NCBI RefSeq assembly: GCF_009914755.1
Contig: NC_060933.1
DNA length: 64,000 nt
Reading direction: 5' to 3' (one strand)
From: the human T2T-CHM13v2.0 reference genome, Homo sapiens
Part shown: in pieces, positions 42,441-56,205 of the stretch
Numbering within the stretch: the stretch's first letter is position 1
Layout of the letters: the number at the start of each line of letters is the position of its first letter
The notes under the pieces: generated by a model
What the model saw: the letters and a program-made list of their open reading frames with translations, nothing else
What the model was told of the DNA's origin: nothing
Database searches by the model: none
Position numbers and translations under genes: made by a program

Positions 42441-44199
42441 CTTCTTAAGCACCATAAAATACCATACCCCGTATTTTTTTGATGCTAACAACACTAGGAG
42501 ATAGTTTAGGATTTTTCTACTTATTTCATAGGCATAAAACTGAGTCATAGACACATATGTAAATTAGATCATATTGCAGAAAAAATGCTTACCCAAGTCA
42601 ATTGTTTTTTGTTTCCTGTAAATAATTATAGCTTTTAAAAATTGATTTTAATTAGCATTTACTGACTCTTAGTTATAGTAGGTCTTAATTATACACAGTG
42701 TAGTTTTTCTTGTTTGGATGTTTGTGGTTAGTCATAAACAAATGTAAAAATTACATTCAATACCAGAGTTGTGAAGGAGCACTTTTTCAAATTGTATCCC
42801 TGCAACTGAATTGCTCAAAGCATATCTTTAAGTAAAAATGGTCAACCTGAGAGAGACATTTTGCTTTGCTTACAAACTAAAAACTCAAACTCAAAGAGTA
42901 ATGGACTCTAAAAATAAATGTATTTTCTATTATCAATGGCTAGAGGCACTTCAAAATGTTTGAAATGAGGAAAACATAAATAAACAAGTTAGTGTGGGGA
43001 AATTCAATTGAAAAATCAAGAGGAGCTTCCTGGATTTACATAAGAGATAAGAAAGTTAATTTTTTGCTATTTTAAGACAATCATAGTTAACTTTCTGCAA
43101 TAATTTAATCATAGTTTTGTCAAAACTCTAAAGTATTGACCAGATGATTGTTCAATGTCATACTCAAGAGACTGAGGTGTCTGTAAATTCCTCTTAAAAT
43201 AGATATATGAATAATTTTAGACCTTGGCATTTTCAGTAAGACTAAATCTGAATCCAAGGTTATGAGGAAGAGTCACCAGCCAAACATAAAGAAAAAATAG
43301 TTAATTTGTTTTGCAGAAATAAATGAATTTATGAGAATTTTTCTAAAATGCTTTGTCATTAGGATAAACCATGTTAAATTATTTTTAAAGTACTCAAAAT
43401 CCATACTCAACATTCTACATTGAAATTAAGAAAGATAATACAACATGGTATATTTTACAAATATGATTTAATTTGGATTTTGTATATGGTAGCACCTGAT
43501 TGACTAGTATTTCAATTCCAACAATTATTGGAGTAATACAAACCTGGATAATTTATTCATTGATTTAGATCAGCAGTCACCATTTAAAGGAAATCTGTTT
43601 GTTATCTTTTAGAAGCTGACTCATAAGAGTTTTATTGGCCTACATAGGATCGGGGTGGTGAGACAGAAATCACCTTATGCTTGGACTTGTGTCTTGAACC
43701 ATGTTTCATGGATGAATACAGATGCTTTGAAGTGTTAACAGATGGTGCACTGTGTCTCACAACTAAGGAAAGGCTCAAGATAGGCCTCCTTCTGCTAAAG
43801 GATAAACAGATTGGAGACTTGCAGGCAAATTTTTATAGAAGTAATAACAATTTTCTAGTTCGAATTCCATATTAAGGTCTTGAGAATCACAAAAGACCAA
43901 GAAGTGAACAAAACATAGAATAAATACTATAACAAAAATGGGAAATAGAATAAAGAGGAAAATCACCTTATTTCTGATCCTTGGAGAATAAGAAAGACAA
44001 AATGAGTATCTCAAAATCTAGAATTAAGATAATAGAGATTATAGAAGTCAAGTTTTGTGATCAAAGGGGAAAGAAGAGATATGGGAAGGAGGAAGTCAGC
44101 CAAGCTACAGTGGTCGCAAGCTGGCTGATGCAAGTCATTTGGGCGAAGGTAAGCCAATCTCACACAGCCTGGATGAAATCAGATGAGGTCCAAGTCCAG

Positions 44200-44690
44200 C
44201 AATGTACAAGATCAGTTAGGAAAAGGCATTTGGAATATATTTTAAGAGGAATGGGATATTACTGAAAAGTTAAATCATGGAATTGATGTGATATGATTTA
44301 TGCTTGTAAAAGATCACTTTGGTTGCTTGGTGAAGATTGAGTTATAGGAATAAATCAGAGAAACCAGTTAGGAAGCTTACAGAAATGTTGGTGAAGATGA
44401 AAATTATTTGGTCTAGAATAGTGGCTATATGAAAGATAAGAATTGAAGTATTGAACAACTGTTTTTAAAGCTAGAGTCCAAAGAAAAAAAAACAAGAATG
44501 AGTCATAGGATTTTATCTTAAGCAAATGGATGGGTGGCATTTTTAAGTATTAAGATGGAAAATATTGCAGTATTTGTCAGAGTTAGGAGGAGTAGGGGGA
44601 AAAAGCAACAGTTTTGTTTTAAACATGGGTATCCAGCTGGAGAAGATGTCTAGTAGTAGGCAGTTGAATACATGGAGTTTTCAGTTTAGA
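44200..44690 (-). mobile_element. L2 fragment
   Basis: GTGATATGATTTATGCTTGTAAAAGATCACTTTGGTTGC...GAAACCAGTTAGGAAGCT...GATGTCTAGTAGTAGGCAGTTGAATA. Confidence 0.75.
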
Positions 44691-44691
44691 A

Positions 44692-44725
44692 GTGTGTGTG
44701 TTTGTGTGTGTGTGTGTGTGTGTGT
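44692..44725. repeat. (TG)n microsatellite
   Basis: Seen directly. Confidence 0.95.
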
Positions 44726-45804
44726 ATCTTTGAAAAAAAATACTGTAAATATATGTATATACATCTGTATACAAATGTAACTACTTAAGAGTCCAAAGAA
44801 CTCCAAAATCCTAGATTTTATATTTTACATCCAGTCACCCTGATCAACTCTCCACAACACACTACCTGGCATAATTATAAGAGAATATGTTCAGTTTAGC
44901 AGTGGGTCTGCTGTACCCTCCATGTTGTACTTTGTAAATACAAAGTGAAGGAAAGAACAATTTGAAACACTTTTAGTGACTTCTCTAGTCATGATATAAA
45001 TTGAATTTAATGGGGGATTTTACATGCTTAGTTTAGTAATATTTTGAAATATAAAATTTAGCTAATCCCAAAGAAAAATTTGACTAATTGGACTGCAATG
45101 AAATATTATAAATATTATAAATATTTCCTCCTTCATGTAATATGTTACAATTTCATATCCTCTTGGTGAATTCAATTTCATAACTTTAGATGCTTTAGAT
45201 AATTTCTAATACTAATGTCAAAACGGTTTAACTCATGTGATTTTTTCAATTGTTTTATATTATAAGCATAACTTTTCTGTGACTCTTTTTTTGGATCTTC
45301 TAATCAATTTCCATGACATTATTATTTAATTATAGTATTTATTTACAACATCTTCAAGGTTATTTATCATATTTAGATGATGTTAAATATCATGGAAAAA
45401 TTTCTTCATATCAGCTTTCAGTTTTATATTTTGTGAAAAGTACACAAAAATAATACACCCATACAATGTGTTCAACACAAATGTTTTGGTAAATATTGCA
45501 TAAGATTTCAATATTATGCATGACAAACATATAAATAAAATTTTATTATAGAATAACATGAAAACCACTGCACCTTGCATTGGTGTTGGTAATATATGGT
45601 AAAATAAATCATAGACGGTATTGGTGGTTCTTAGAGAAAATAATTGCATACACTCTGACCAATCCAAAAATTAAACATTTTATACATTTAATAATGTAAC
45701 ATGTAGACCAGAAATGATTGTTTTTCTATCTAAGCAAAGCACTCTCCTTTCTCAATTCAGTCAGAAGAATATACATATAAATATAAATTTTAGGATGTGC
45801 TTTA

Positions 45805-46132
45805 TTTTATTTTATTTTTAAATTTTCATTTATTCATTTATTTATTTATTTGAGATGGAGTCTCTCTCTGTCACCCAGGCTGGAGTGCAGTAGCATGATC
45901 TTGGCTCACTCCAACCTCTCTGTACTGGGTTCAAGTGATTCTCATTCCTCAGCCCCCCGAGTACCTGGGATTAGAGTGTGCCCCACCACACCCAGCTAAT
46001 TTTCATATTTTTTAGTAAAGACAGGGTTTTGCCATGTTGGCCAGGCTAGTTTTGATCTCCTGGCCTAAAGTGATCCACCTGCCTTGGCTTCCCAAAGTGC
46101 TGGGATTACAGGCATGAGCCACCAAGTCCAGC
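45805..46132 (-). mobile_element. Alu (Jb/Sz-like)
   Basis: Full dimer with (TTTA)n tail; TSD AGGATGTGCTTTA (45792-45804) / AGTATGTGTTTTA (46133-46145). Confidence 0.92.
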
Positions 46133-46909
46133 AGTATGTGTTTTATATCACTGAGATAAATGTGTGCTTTAATAAATAGCTAGCCATTTTTTTTTTTGCA
46201 AAAATAAAATATCTATTAGGTCTACACTTTTTTAAATTCCAAATGAAATTAAATACTTAACTATTAAAATGAATATATAAAATGCTGTAAGTTCTTTCTT
46301 TTGAAATATATATGATGATGATGATGTTGTTCATAATAAACAGATGGATAGATGATAGACAAAAGAAATGAAAGAAAAACAAATTTCAATATACCCATAA
46401 AAATACTCTTTAGAGTTAAAATTACATATGTTTAAAAATACTCTACACACACACATTCACACACATACAATTATATGTATATGCTTGGTTGTTGTGGAAT
46501 ATAAATACAGTAAAAAGGTGTACAATGTGCATGCAATCCAGTGATACAAGTAGGCAAGAGTGAAGTTGTAAAATGATACGTAAGATAAAGTTTTGACATT
46601 AATCACATTACATTTGTGTATTCATAAAATTATCTGGAAGGATACAAGTGTAGGCTTAAGTATAGGAATATGAAAGTAACTTTTTACTTATCTTTACATG
46701 TAATTCTATATGATTCATTTCAATTTTTCAGCAACCATATACTACTTCACTTGAAAATGAAAATGATACAAGAACAGTTCATTAGTAGCCCACAGCCTTC
46801 ATCCTGACTTGAATTTCGATGGTATACAATAAGCTTTATGATATTCTCTTTCTTTCTAGTGTTTTAAAAAATGCTGATGTTTGAAGCAAATTCGAATTGA
46901 AATAGAGAT

Positions 46910-48542
46910 TTTATATTTCCAGCTTTATTAATATATGATTAACAAACATTGAATATATATATAAGGTATATAATGGGATGTTTTGATATACATATATATT
47001 GTGAAATAATTATTAAAATCAACCTAAGTAACATATCATTCTCTTTATATGGTTATATTTTTTGTGTTAAAACATTTGAGATCTACTTTCTTCACCAATT
47101 TCAAGATACAATACAGTATTATTAACTATAGTCACCATGCTGTGTATTACATCTCCAGAAATTATTTATTCTGCCTAACGAAAACTTTGTACCCTAAGAC
47201 CAACATCTCCTCACCCATGCCCCTGAACATTATCAACCGCCATTTTTCTATGCTTCTATAAGATGAATTTTTGTATATTTTGTATGTAAGTGAGATTATG
47301 CAGTATTTGTCTTAAAGTGCCTGTCTTATTTCAATCAAAATCTTCCAAGTTTATTTGTGTTGTCAGAAATGGCAGGATTTCCTTATTTTTAAAGGCTGAA
47401 TGGTATTCTTCTTTGTGTGTGTGTGTGTGTATGTATGTGTGTTCTCTCTCTCTCTCTCTGAGACACACACATTCACACACACACACAAAGAGGAATTCCA
47501 TTCATATATATAGACTCTCTCTTTCCCTCTCTCTGTATGTATACATATATATATATATATATATCTGTTTATTCTCTCTATATATATGTATAGAGAGAAG
47601 AGATGGATGAATGAAAGAATAAATGAAAATTATCTATCTATCATCTATCTATCTCTCTATCTATCTATCTATCTCATAGATTGATTCCATACCTTGGAAT
47701 CAGACGTATAGGTTGATTCTATACCTTGTTTATTGTAAACAATGCTGCAATGAATATGAGAATGCTGATATCTCTTCAACATAGTATTTCCATTTTCTTT
47801 GGATATACACCCACAAGTGGGATTGTTGGATCATATAGTAGTTCTATATTCAGTTTTTTGATGAACTTCTTTAGTTAGAAATATATTCTCCCATTATATA
47901 GGTTGTCTTTTTAGCCTGTTGATTGTTTCCTTTGCTGTGCAGAGGCATTTGATTTTGATGCAGTCACATTGGTGTGTTTTTGCTTTTGTTGCCTGTGTTT
48001 TTGGGTCGTATCCAGAAAATCACTGCCCAGACTAATTTCAGATTTTCTCCTATGCTTTCTTCTACTGGTTTTATAGTTTTAAGTATTTAATCCATTTTGG
48101 GTTAATTTTGGTATATGATGTGAGATTAGGGTCTGATTTCATTATTCTGCATGTGGATATTGAGTTTCTCCAACAACATTTATTGAGGATGCTGTCCTTT
48201 CCTCCCAAGTGTTTCATGTCATCTTAACCAAAAATTGATTGATGTAATACATAGATTCATTTCTAGGCTTTCCATTCTGTTCCATTTGTCTATGTGTATA
48301 GTATTATGTCCATATCATATTGTATTTATTACTATAGCTTTGTAGTATATTTTGAAATCGAATAGTATAATGTCTACAGTTTTTCTTTCTTGCTGAAGAT
48401 ATTTTTGAGTATTTGTGGTTATTTGTAACAATTCCATGTAAATTTTATAATTTTGTTTTTACTTCTGTAATAGTTAACATTGGAATTTTGATATGGATTA
48501 AATAAGGTATGTACATTGCCTTGTGTAGTATGGACTTTTTAA
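46910..48542 (-). mobile_element. L1MA8/9-like element, 3' part (continues at 54284-54621)
   Basis: 3' end CAGCTTTATTAATATATGATTAACAAA...ATACAATACAGTATTATTAACTATAGTCACCATGCTGT; internal deletion near 47870; microsatellite block 47413-47675. Confidence 0.85.
47413..47675. repeat. Compound (TG)/(TC)/(CA)/(TA)/(TCTA) microsatellite block with inverted arms
   Basis: Seen directly; described further in findings. Confidence 0.9.
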
Positions 48543-51500
48543 TTTTTTTCTTACTGATTTAAGGGATACAAGTATAGTATTGTTATATGGCTATATTGTG
48601 TATTGGTCTGGGTTTTTTAGTGTATCCATCACCTGATGAGTATACATTACCTATTACCCAATAGGTAATTTCTCATTTCTCACCCTTCTCCCACTCTCCC
48701 ACATTTTTGAGTCTCCAATGTGTATTATTCCACCCTGTATGTCTAAATGTGCATATTGTTTAGCTGCCATTGGTAACTAAGAGTATGTGGAATTTTAATT
48801 TCTATTTAATAGTTATTTCACTTAAGATAATTGCCTCCAGTTCCACCCATATTGCAGCAAAAGAAATAATTTCATTCTTTATATGGTGCATAGTATTCCA
48901 TGGTATAACACATTTTATTTACCCAATTACCCATTGAAGGATATTTAGGTTGATTCCATGACTTTTCTATTGTGAATAGTGCTGTGATAAACATATGAGT
49001 GTAGGTGTATTTTTTATATACTGATTTCTTTGTTTAGATATCCAGTAATTGTCTAAATGATTGATGAAGCAAATGATAGTTTTATTTTTAGTTCTCTGAG
49101 AAATCGCCATAATGCTTTCCATAGTGATCGTACTAATGAAAATTTTCAACAACACTGTATAAGCATTAATTTTCTTCACATCCTTGCCAATATCTGTTAT
49201 TTTTTGACTTTTTAAAAATAGCACTTCTGACTTGTGTAAATGGTAGCACGTTGTGGTTTTAATTTGCATTTCTCTTATGATTAGTGATGTTGAGCATTTT
49301 TTCAAATGTTTGTTGGCCATTTGTATGTCTTCTTGTGAGATATATCTATCATGTGTTTTGCCCACGAATTAATAGGATTATTTGGGTTTTTTTGTTGTTG
49401 TTGTTGAATTGTTTGGGGTCCTTGTAGATAGTGGATATTATTAGATTCTTGTTGAAGGCATAGTTTGTAAATATTTTCTCCCATTCTGTGCATTGTTTGT
49501 TTATTCTGTTGATTATTTCTTTTGCTGTACGGAAGGCTTTTGGTTTAATTAAGTTCCATTTGTTTATTTTTATTTTGTTGCATTTGTTTTAAAGTCTTAG
49601 TCATAAATTCTTTTCCTGAGCCAATGTTCAGAAACATTGTTTTCCTAGGTTTCCGTCTAGTACTTTTATAATTTCAGGTCCTACAATTGTCTTTAATCCA
49701 TTTTGAGTTAACTTTTGTATATGATGAGAAATATGGTCTAGTTTGGCTCTTCTGCATGTGGCTAACCAGTTTTCCTAGCACCATTTATTGAATAAAGTAT
49801 CCTTCCCCAGTATGTATATCTATATGTATGTGTTGTTGTTGTTGTTGTTGACACTGTCAAAGATCAAGTGGTTGTAGATATGTAAATGTATTCCTGAGTT
49901 TTCTATTTTGTTCCATTGTTCTATATGCCTATTTTAATACCACTATCATGATGTTTTGGTTAATATACGCTTGTAGTATAATTTAAAGTCAAGTAATGTG
50001 ATACCTCCAGCTTTATTTTATGTAATTATTATTATTTTTGTTTTGTTAGAAATGCTGTGGCTATTAAGGCTCTTCTTCCATTACATACAAATATGAGGAT
50101 TGTGCTTCCTAATTATATGAAAAAAATGATATTGGTAATTCGATAAGGATCACATTGAATCTATAGATTATTTTGGAGAGTATGATCATTTTAGCAATAT
50201 TTTTTCAATGGGAGTTTCTCATGAGAGCATGAGGTGTTTTTCCATTTGCTTGTGTAATCTATGTTTTCTTTAATCACTGTTTTATCATTTTCCTTGCAGA
50301 TTGTTTATCTCCTTGGTTAAATATATTTCTAAGTATTTCATTTTTTGTAGCTATTGTAAATGAAATTAAGTTATTGATTTGTCCCACAGCTTGATCATTA
50401 TTGGTGTATATATATGCTACTAATTTTTGTATGTTGACATTGTATCTTAACACTTTACTGAATTCATTTATCAAATCTAGGAGTCTTAGCAGGAATATTT
50501 AGGACTTTTTGGGCAGAAAATCATATTACCAACAAACGAAAGTCATTTGACTTGCTTTTTAAATAATCTAGATGACATTTATTTCTTTCTCTTTCTCTTT
50601 CCTGATTGCTCTGGCTAGGACTTCCAGTACCATGATGAATATGAATGGTGAAAGTGGGCATTCTTGTCTTGTTCCAGTTCTTAGGGGAATTGCTTTCAAC
50701 TTTGCCCTGTTCAGTTTAATGTTGGTTGTGGATTTGTCATATATCATTTTTATTATTTTTAGATATATTCCTGCAGAGCATAGTTTGTTGAGGGTTTTTA
50801 TCATGAAAATGGCTCTATTTGATTGCTTTTCCTGCACATATCGAAATGATCATATCATTTTGGTTTTTAATTTGTTTTTAAATGTTTCTGTTTATGTGGT
50901 GAATGACATTTATTTATTAGTGTATGCTGAACCATTCTTTCTTCTCTAGAATAAAACACAGTTGATTATGTATTATCCTTTTGATGTGCTTTTCAATTTG
51001 GTTTCCTAGTATTTTGTTGAAGGTTTTTGCATCTATATTCATTAGGAATATTGGCGTGTAGTTTTCTTTTATGTTGTGGTCTTTCCTGCCTTAGCTATCA
51101 GTGTGATACTGGCTTCATAGAATGAGTTAAGAAGGATTACATTCACCTTGATTTCTTGGAATAGTTTCAGTAGGATTGCTACCAGTTTTTCTTTGCATAT
51201 CTGGTAGATTTTCACTGTGAATTTGCCTGGTCCTCAGCACTTTTTTATTGGGAGAGTTTTTATTACCTATTCAATGTCACTACTTGTTATTGGTCTATTC
51301 AGGACTTCTGTTTCTTCCCAGTTCATTCTTAGGGGTTTCTATGTTTCCAAAAATTTACCAGTTTTCTCTACGTTTTCTAGTGTGTGAGCGTAAGGATGCT
51401 CATAGTAGTCTTTGATGATCTTTTGTATTTCAGTCGTATCATTTGTAATGTCTCCTTTTTCATTTCTGATTGTGCTTATTTGGATCTTCTCTCTTTTTTT

Positions 51501-54283
51501 CTTGGTTAATCTGGCTAGCCGTCAATCAATTTTGTTTATATTTTCAAGGAACTTTTCTTTCGTTGATCATTTGTATTATTTTAGGGGCTCAATCTCCTTT
51601 ATTTCTTCTCTGCTCTTTGCTATTTTTTTTCTTCTGCTAGTTTTGGGTCTTCGTTGTTGCAGTTCTTTAAGGTTCAATATTAGGCCAATGTGTGATCTTT
51701 CTATTCCTTTGATGTGGACATTGAACGCTCTAAACTTCCCCTTACCACTTTTTTTTCTGCATCTCAGAGGTTTCGATATGTTGCATTTTGACATGTTTTC
51801 ATTCCTTTTGAAATTAAAAAAAAAAAACTTAATTTCACCCTTGACAAAAATTATTCAGGAGTAGATTTAACCTTCATGTATTTGTATAATTTTGAGAGTT
51901 TTACTTGGCATTGATTTTTAATTTTATTTCACTCTGCTCTGAGAAGATACTTCATATAATTTGGATTTTTTAAAGTTTATTGAGACTTGTTTTGTGGTTT
52001 AACATATGCTCTACTTTGAAAAATGTTTATGCACTTATGGGAAAAATGTATATTCTGTGGTTGGGGGATTGCATTTTGTGTTAATGTCTGTTAGTTCTAT
52101 TTGTTCTAGAGTCCATTTTAATTACACATTTTCTTTGTTTATTTTCTGCTTCAATGATCTGTCTAGTACTGTCAGTGGGATGTTGAATTCTCCCACTATT
52201 ACTGTATTGCTGTGTATCTCTTTTCTTAGGTAAGGTAGTATTTTTTTTTAAATCTTTGTGGTCCAGTGTTGGGTGCAAGTATATATAGGATTATTATATC
52301 ATCTTGTTGAATTGATTTATTTATCATTATATAATGACCTTTTTTGCCTATTTTTACTCTTGTTGATTTAAAGTTTGTTTTATCAAATATCAGTATAGCC
52401 TACTCCTGATTGCTTAGGTTTCTGTTTGCACAAAATATCTTTTTTCACCCCTTTACATTAAGTCTAAATGTTTTTGCCAGTTAAGTGGGTTTTTGTAAGT
52501 AGCACATGTTGGATCCAGGTCTTTTAATCTATTCTTTCAATCTATATCTTATAAGTGAAGCAATTAACTCATTTATATTCAAAGTTAATATTGATATGTG
52601 AAGTTTTGTTCCCATCATAATATCGACTGTGACTTAGTTGCTTTGTATCCTCAAGTGCATGTTTTTTAGGACCTGTAAGTTTTATACTTTCTTCTGTTTT
52701 AATAGTTGCAAATATTAACCTTTCATAGCCATGTTTAGAAATCATTGAAGCATTTCTTGTAGGGCCAGTCTAGTGGTAACGAATTCCCTTAGAATGTTAT
52801 TATCTAAGAAATATTGTATTTCTCCTTTATTTATGAAGCTTAGCTTATCAGGATACAAAAATATTGGCGGACAATTTTTTCTTTAAGAAACTGAAAATAG
52901 GGCCCCAATCTCTTCTGGCTTGTCAGGTTTCTACTAAGAAATCCAGTGTTAGTCAGATGTGATTTCCTTTTTAGTTGATTAGATGCTTTTCTTTTGCTTT
53001 TAGAATTTTTTTTCACATTAATTTCTGATGACTAATATGCACTGGGGGAAGTTTGTCTTGCAATGTGTCTCCCAGGAGCTCTCTGAGTGTCTTGTGTCTA
53101 AATGCTAAGTCTCTAGCAAGACCAAGGAAGATTTCCACAATTATTCTCTCTAATAGATTTTCCAACGTTTTACTTTTTCTGCTTCTTTCTCAGTAATACC
53201 TTGGACATAAATTTAGATACTCTTACATAATTTAATTTTTAAAATTCTTTATTTTTATCTGCTTTAGGTTATTTTGAAAGATCAATCTTCAAGCTCTGAT
53301 ATTCTTTCTTCTTCTGGGTCTAGTCAACTGTTAAAGCCTTGAAATGTATTTTGTAATTTCTTCAATAAGATTTTCTCTTTCAGTGTTTTGTTTGTTTGTT
53401 TTAATCTATCTTGTTAGCAAAGTTTTCCTTCACATCCTGGTTTTTTTTTTGTTTTTTTTTTTTTTGGATGTTGGTGTTGCTTTTCAATTTTCCTTTAGAT
53501 TTCACTGGGCTTCCTTACAAACCATAATTTGAAAGATACATCTGGCATTTCAGAATTTTCATTTTGTTTAGGATTCATTGCTAGAGAGCAAGTATGACAC
53601 CCTATTTTTTCCATACTGCCAGACTTATTGCACTGATTCCTTTGCATTAGGAGCAAACATCACCTTTTATTTTTTATTTTTCTCTCATTTGGATGATACT
53701 ATTTCCACCCCCTTTGAAGTTGTGATTGTTATATATATTTAGTGGAGTCATTTCACTTTGTTTCTGGGTGCTCTCACAGGGCCAAGGCTCTGTATGAATT
53801 CCTTGGTTATAGATAGCTTTAATGTGGTTATTATCTCAAATGTTTGTTGTAGTAGCAGTGTACCAGGGATGTGAGTAGGCTCTTGGCCTCCTGTAGAGAT
53901 GGGGAGGTGGAAGTCTCAAGAAGCTTATCTTAGTCCCAAGGGCTGTGCACTTGAGTCAACAAATTTTGTAGTGGAGTGTGCACTGGGTAAGGTCAAGGAT
54001 CTCTCCCATGGCCTGGGTTGCCTGGCTCCCCAGTGGGAATATACATCACGGAGTCAAACTCTCTCCCTTTTACTCTCTGAAGATGCATTTTCTGCCATAC
54101 CGTTGGTGTGGGTTGCTGCCCGCTCCCTTTTACAAAGTATACAAAAACTCTTCCACATTTTCTGTTGGGCTCCCATGTTCCTTCTTGGATAAGAGTTCAC
54201 AGTATGAACCTCCACACACTATTTTGCTCTTTCCAAGTGGGTGAGGTGCATAATGCTTCCAATCTGCCATCTTGGAAAAAAAA
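48543..54283 (-). mobile_element. End-to-end dead L1PB3/4-like element nested in the L1MA
   Basis: 3' end CCCAATAGGTAATTTCTCAT...TTTTGAGTCTCCAATG; 5' end CAAGATGGCAGATTGGAAGCATT on the minus strand; ORF2 remnants 48967..49365 and 50568..50837 ([10 protein letters not shown]). TSD AGTATGGACTTTTTAA (48527-48542) / AGTATAGACATTTTAA (54284-54299). Confidence 0.92.
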
Positions 54284-54621
54284 AGTATAGACATTTTAAC
54301 AATAGTAATTCTTCCAATCTATGATCATGAGATATTTTACTTATTCATGGTGTTTTCAAATTCTGATTTTGCTTTAATGTTTCAAATGTACAGATTGTTC
54401 AACTTCTTAATTAAATTTATTCTTCAGGTTATTTTGTTTTGTTTGTTATTGAAAATTGGATCATTTGCTTAATTTCCTTTTTGGATAGTTCATTGTTAGT
54501 GTATATAAATACAATTGATTTTGTTTGTAGATTTTGTGTCCTGAAATGTTACTGAGTTATTTTATTAGTTCAAGTTTTATGGTGAGTCTTTAAGATATTC
54601 TTCATATAAAATCATGTCATC
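54284..54621 (-). mobile_element. Continuation of the L1MA8/9-like element
   Basis: Resumes at AGTATAGACATTTTAACAATAGTAATTCTTCCAATC and ends at AAAATCATGTCATC (antisense of the codons for the RT ..DDMI motif). Confidence 0.8.
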
Positions 54622-55185
54622 ATAATCTCAATAGATGCAGAAAAGGCCTTCAATAAAATTCAACACCGCTTCATGCTAAAAACTCTCAGTAAACTAGGTA
54701 TTGATGGAACATATCTCAAAATAATACGAGCTATTTATGACAAATCCATAGCCAATATCACAATGAATGGACAAAAGTTGGAAGCATTTTCTTTGAGAAC
54801 TGGCACAAGACAAGGATGCCCTCTCTCACCACTCCTATTCAACATAGTATTGAAAGTTCTGGCCAAGGCAAATAGGTAAGAGAAAAAAATAAAATGTATT
54901 CAAATAGAGAGAAAGTCACATTATCTCTGTTTGCAGGTGTCATGATTTTATATTTGGAAAACCCTGTTGTCTCATCTCCAAATCTCCTTAAGCTGATAAG
55001 CAACTTCAGCAAAGTCTCAGGATACAAAATCAATGTGCAAAAATCACAAGCATTTCTATACACCAAAAATAGACAAACAGAGAGCCAAATCATGAGCAAA
55101 TTCCCATTTACAATTGCTACAAAGAGAATAAAATACCTAAGAATACAACTTACAAGGGATGTGAAGGACCTCTTCAAGGAGAACT
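54622..55185 (+). mobile_element. Internal L1PA-type ORF2 RT fragment with no 3' UTR or poly-A
   Basis: ORFs 54673..54879 ([24 protein letters not shown]...[17 protein letters not shown]) and 54894..55229 ([27 protein letters not shown]...[12 protein letters not shown]), close to young primate L1 ORF2p. Confidence 0.9.
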
Positions 55186-56205
55186 TATTTCTGTTCTTTA
55201 TAGTCAATGAAATATTGTATTATGCATAACTAGGGCAGGTGTAAAATATATTTTCTTCATTGTTATTTGTCGTCATAAAAGGGGATAAAAATCAAAAGGA
55301 AATGTAGAAAATCATTATAATTCACTCACCTTAGTTTCTTGGTTATTAATATGTTGTAAACGCGGAACTGTCATCACCTCCAGCTCAATCCTGCTTCACC
55401 TATCCATGAGGTTCACACTTGTAGTTTGTTAGAAATAAGTAGCGTGAAAGACATTCAGTCTCAATATGACTGAAACCTTGTCACCTCAATCATGAGGAAA
55501 CTCTTTTCATCTATATTATTTAGATGGATTTTTCTTTCACCTGTAATTACCTTTTTTTATTTTGAATAAATGCTGCTTTACCAGACATTTAATTCTTTCA
55601 GGCACACTACAAATAAATACAGCATGAATCTAGGTCACATGCCAATATACAACAAAATAATTTTAAATTACATTTCTAATGGATTCGAGTTTCATTTAAC
55701 ACATAGAAAATGTTAGAAGACGTTATAAGACATACCAGAAATGTGAATATTGGCATTCTTACATCTACCTTAGGTAGTTATTTACTTTTATCCACAGTGC
55801 ATAAAGAATTAGAGTTTTTACCATGCTTTGTAATGAAAAATATACTTTTGAGATTTCAATGGTTTTTTTTCAATATATGCCACAAACTCCTCTTTAAAAG
55901 CCTAAGATACAGAAGAATAGAAAAGGTTCTTATCAGCAAAAGTAACACTTGTGCTAAGTTATTCATAGAGAATCAAATACAGTATAACATGTTATAAATC
56001 ACCTTACAATCCACCAATCGAAGTCTGCAGTAAGTCAAATCAGAAACTCAAAAAAGTAGTCTGATATAGGTGTTACTATAATAATAATGACATTAAACAG
56101 AGATGATTTTCTTTACCAAGGCTTATTTGTGTTTCTCAGTATCTAAGAAAGTTTTAAAGAAGGCAATTTACAAGTAAAGAACCTCTCAGCTATGTGTTCT
56201 TACTA

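Noticed and set aside
50572-52233. Hydrophobic, membrane-protein-like ORFs (125 aa and 150 aa)
   Set aside because: Antisense frames of A-rich L1 ORF2, which are T-rich and so Phe/Leu/Ile-rich.
54622-55185. Twin-priming inversion of the host L1MA
   Set aside because: The fragment has young L1PA-type sequence (CTCCTTAAGCTGATAAGCAACTTCAGC), unlike the host, overlaps it by about 250 bp, and has no TSD.
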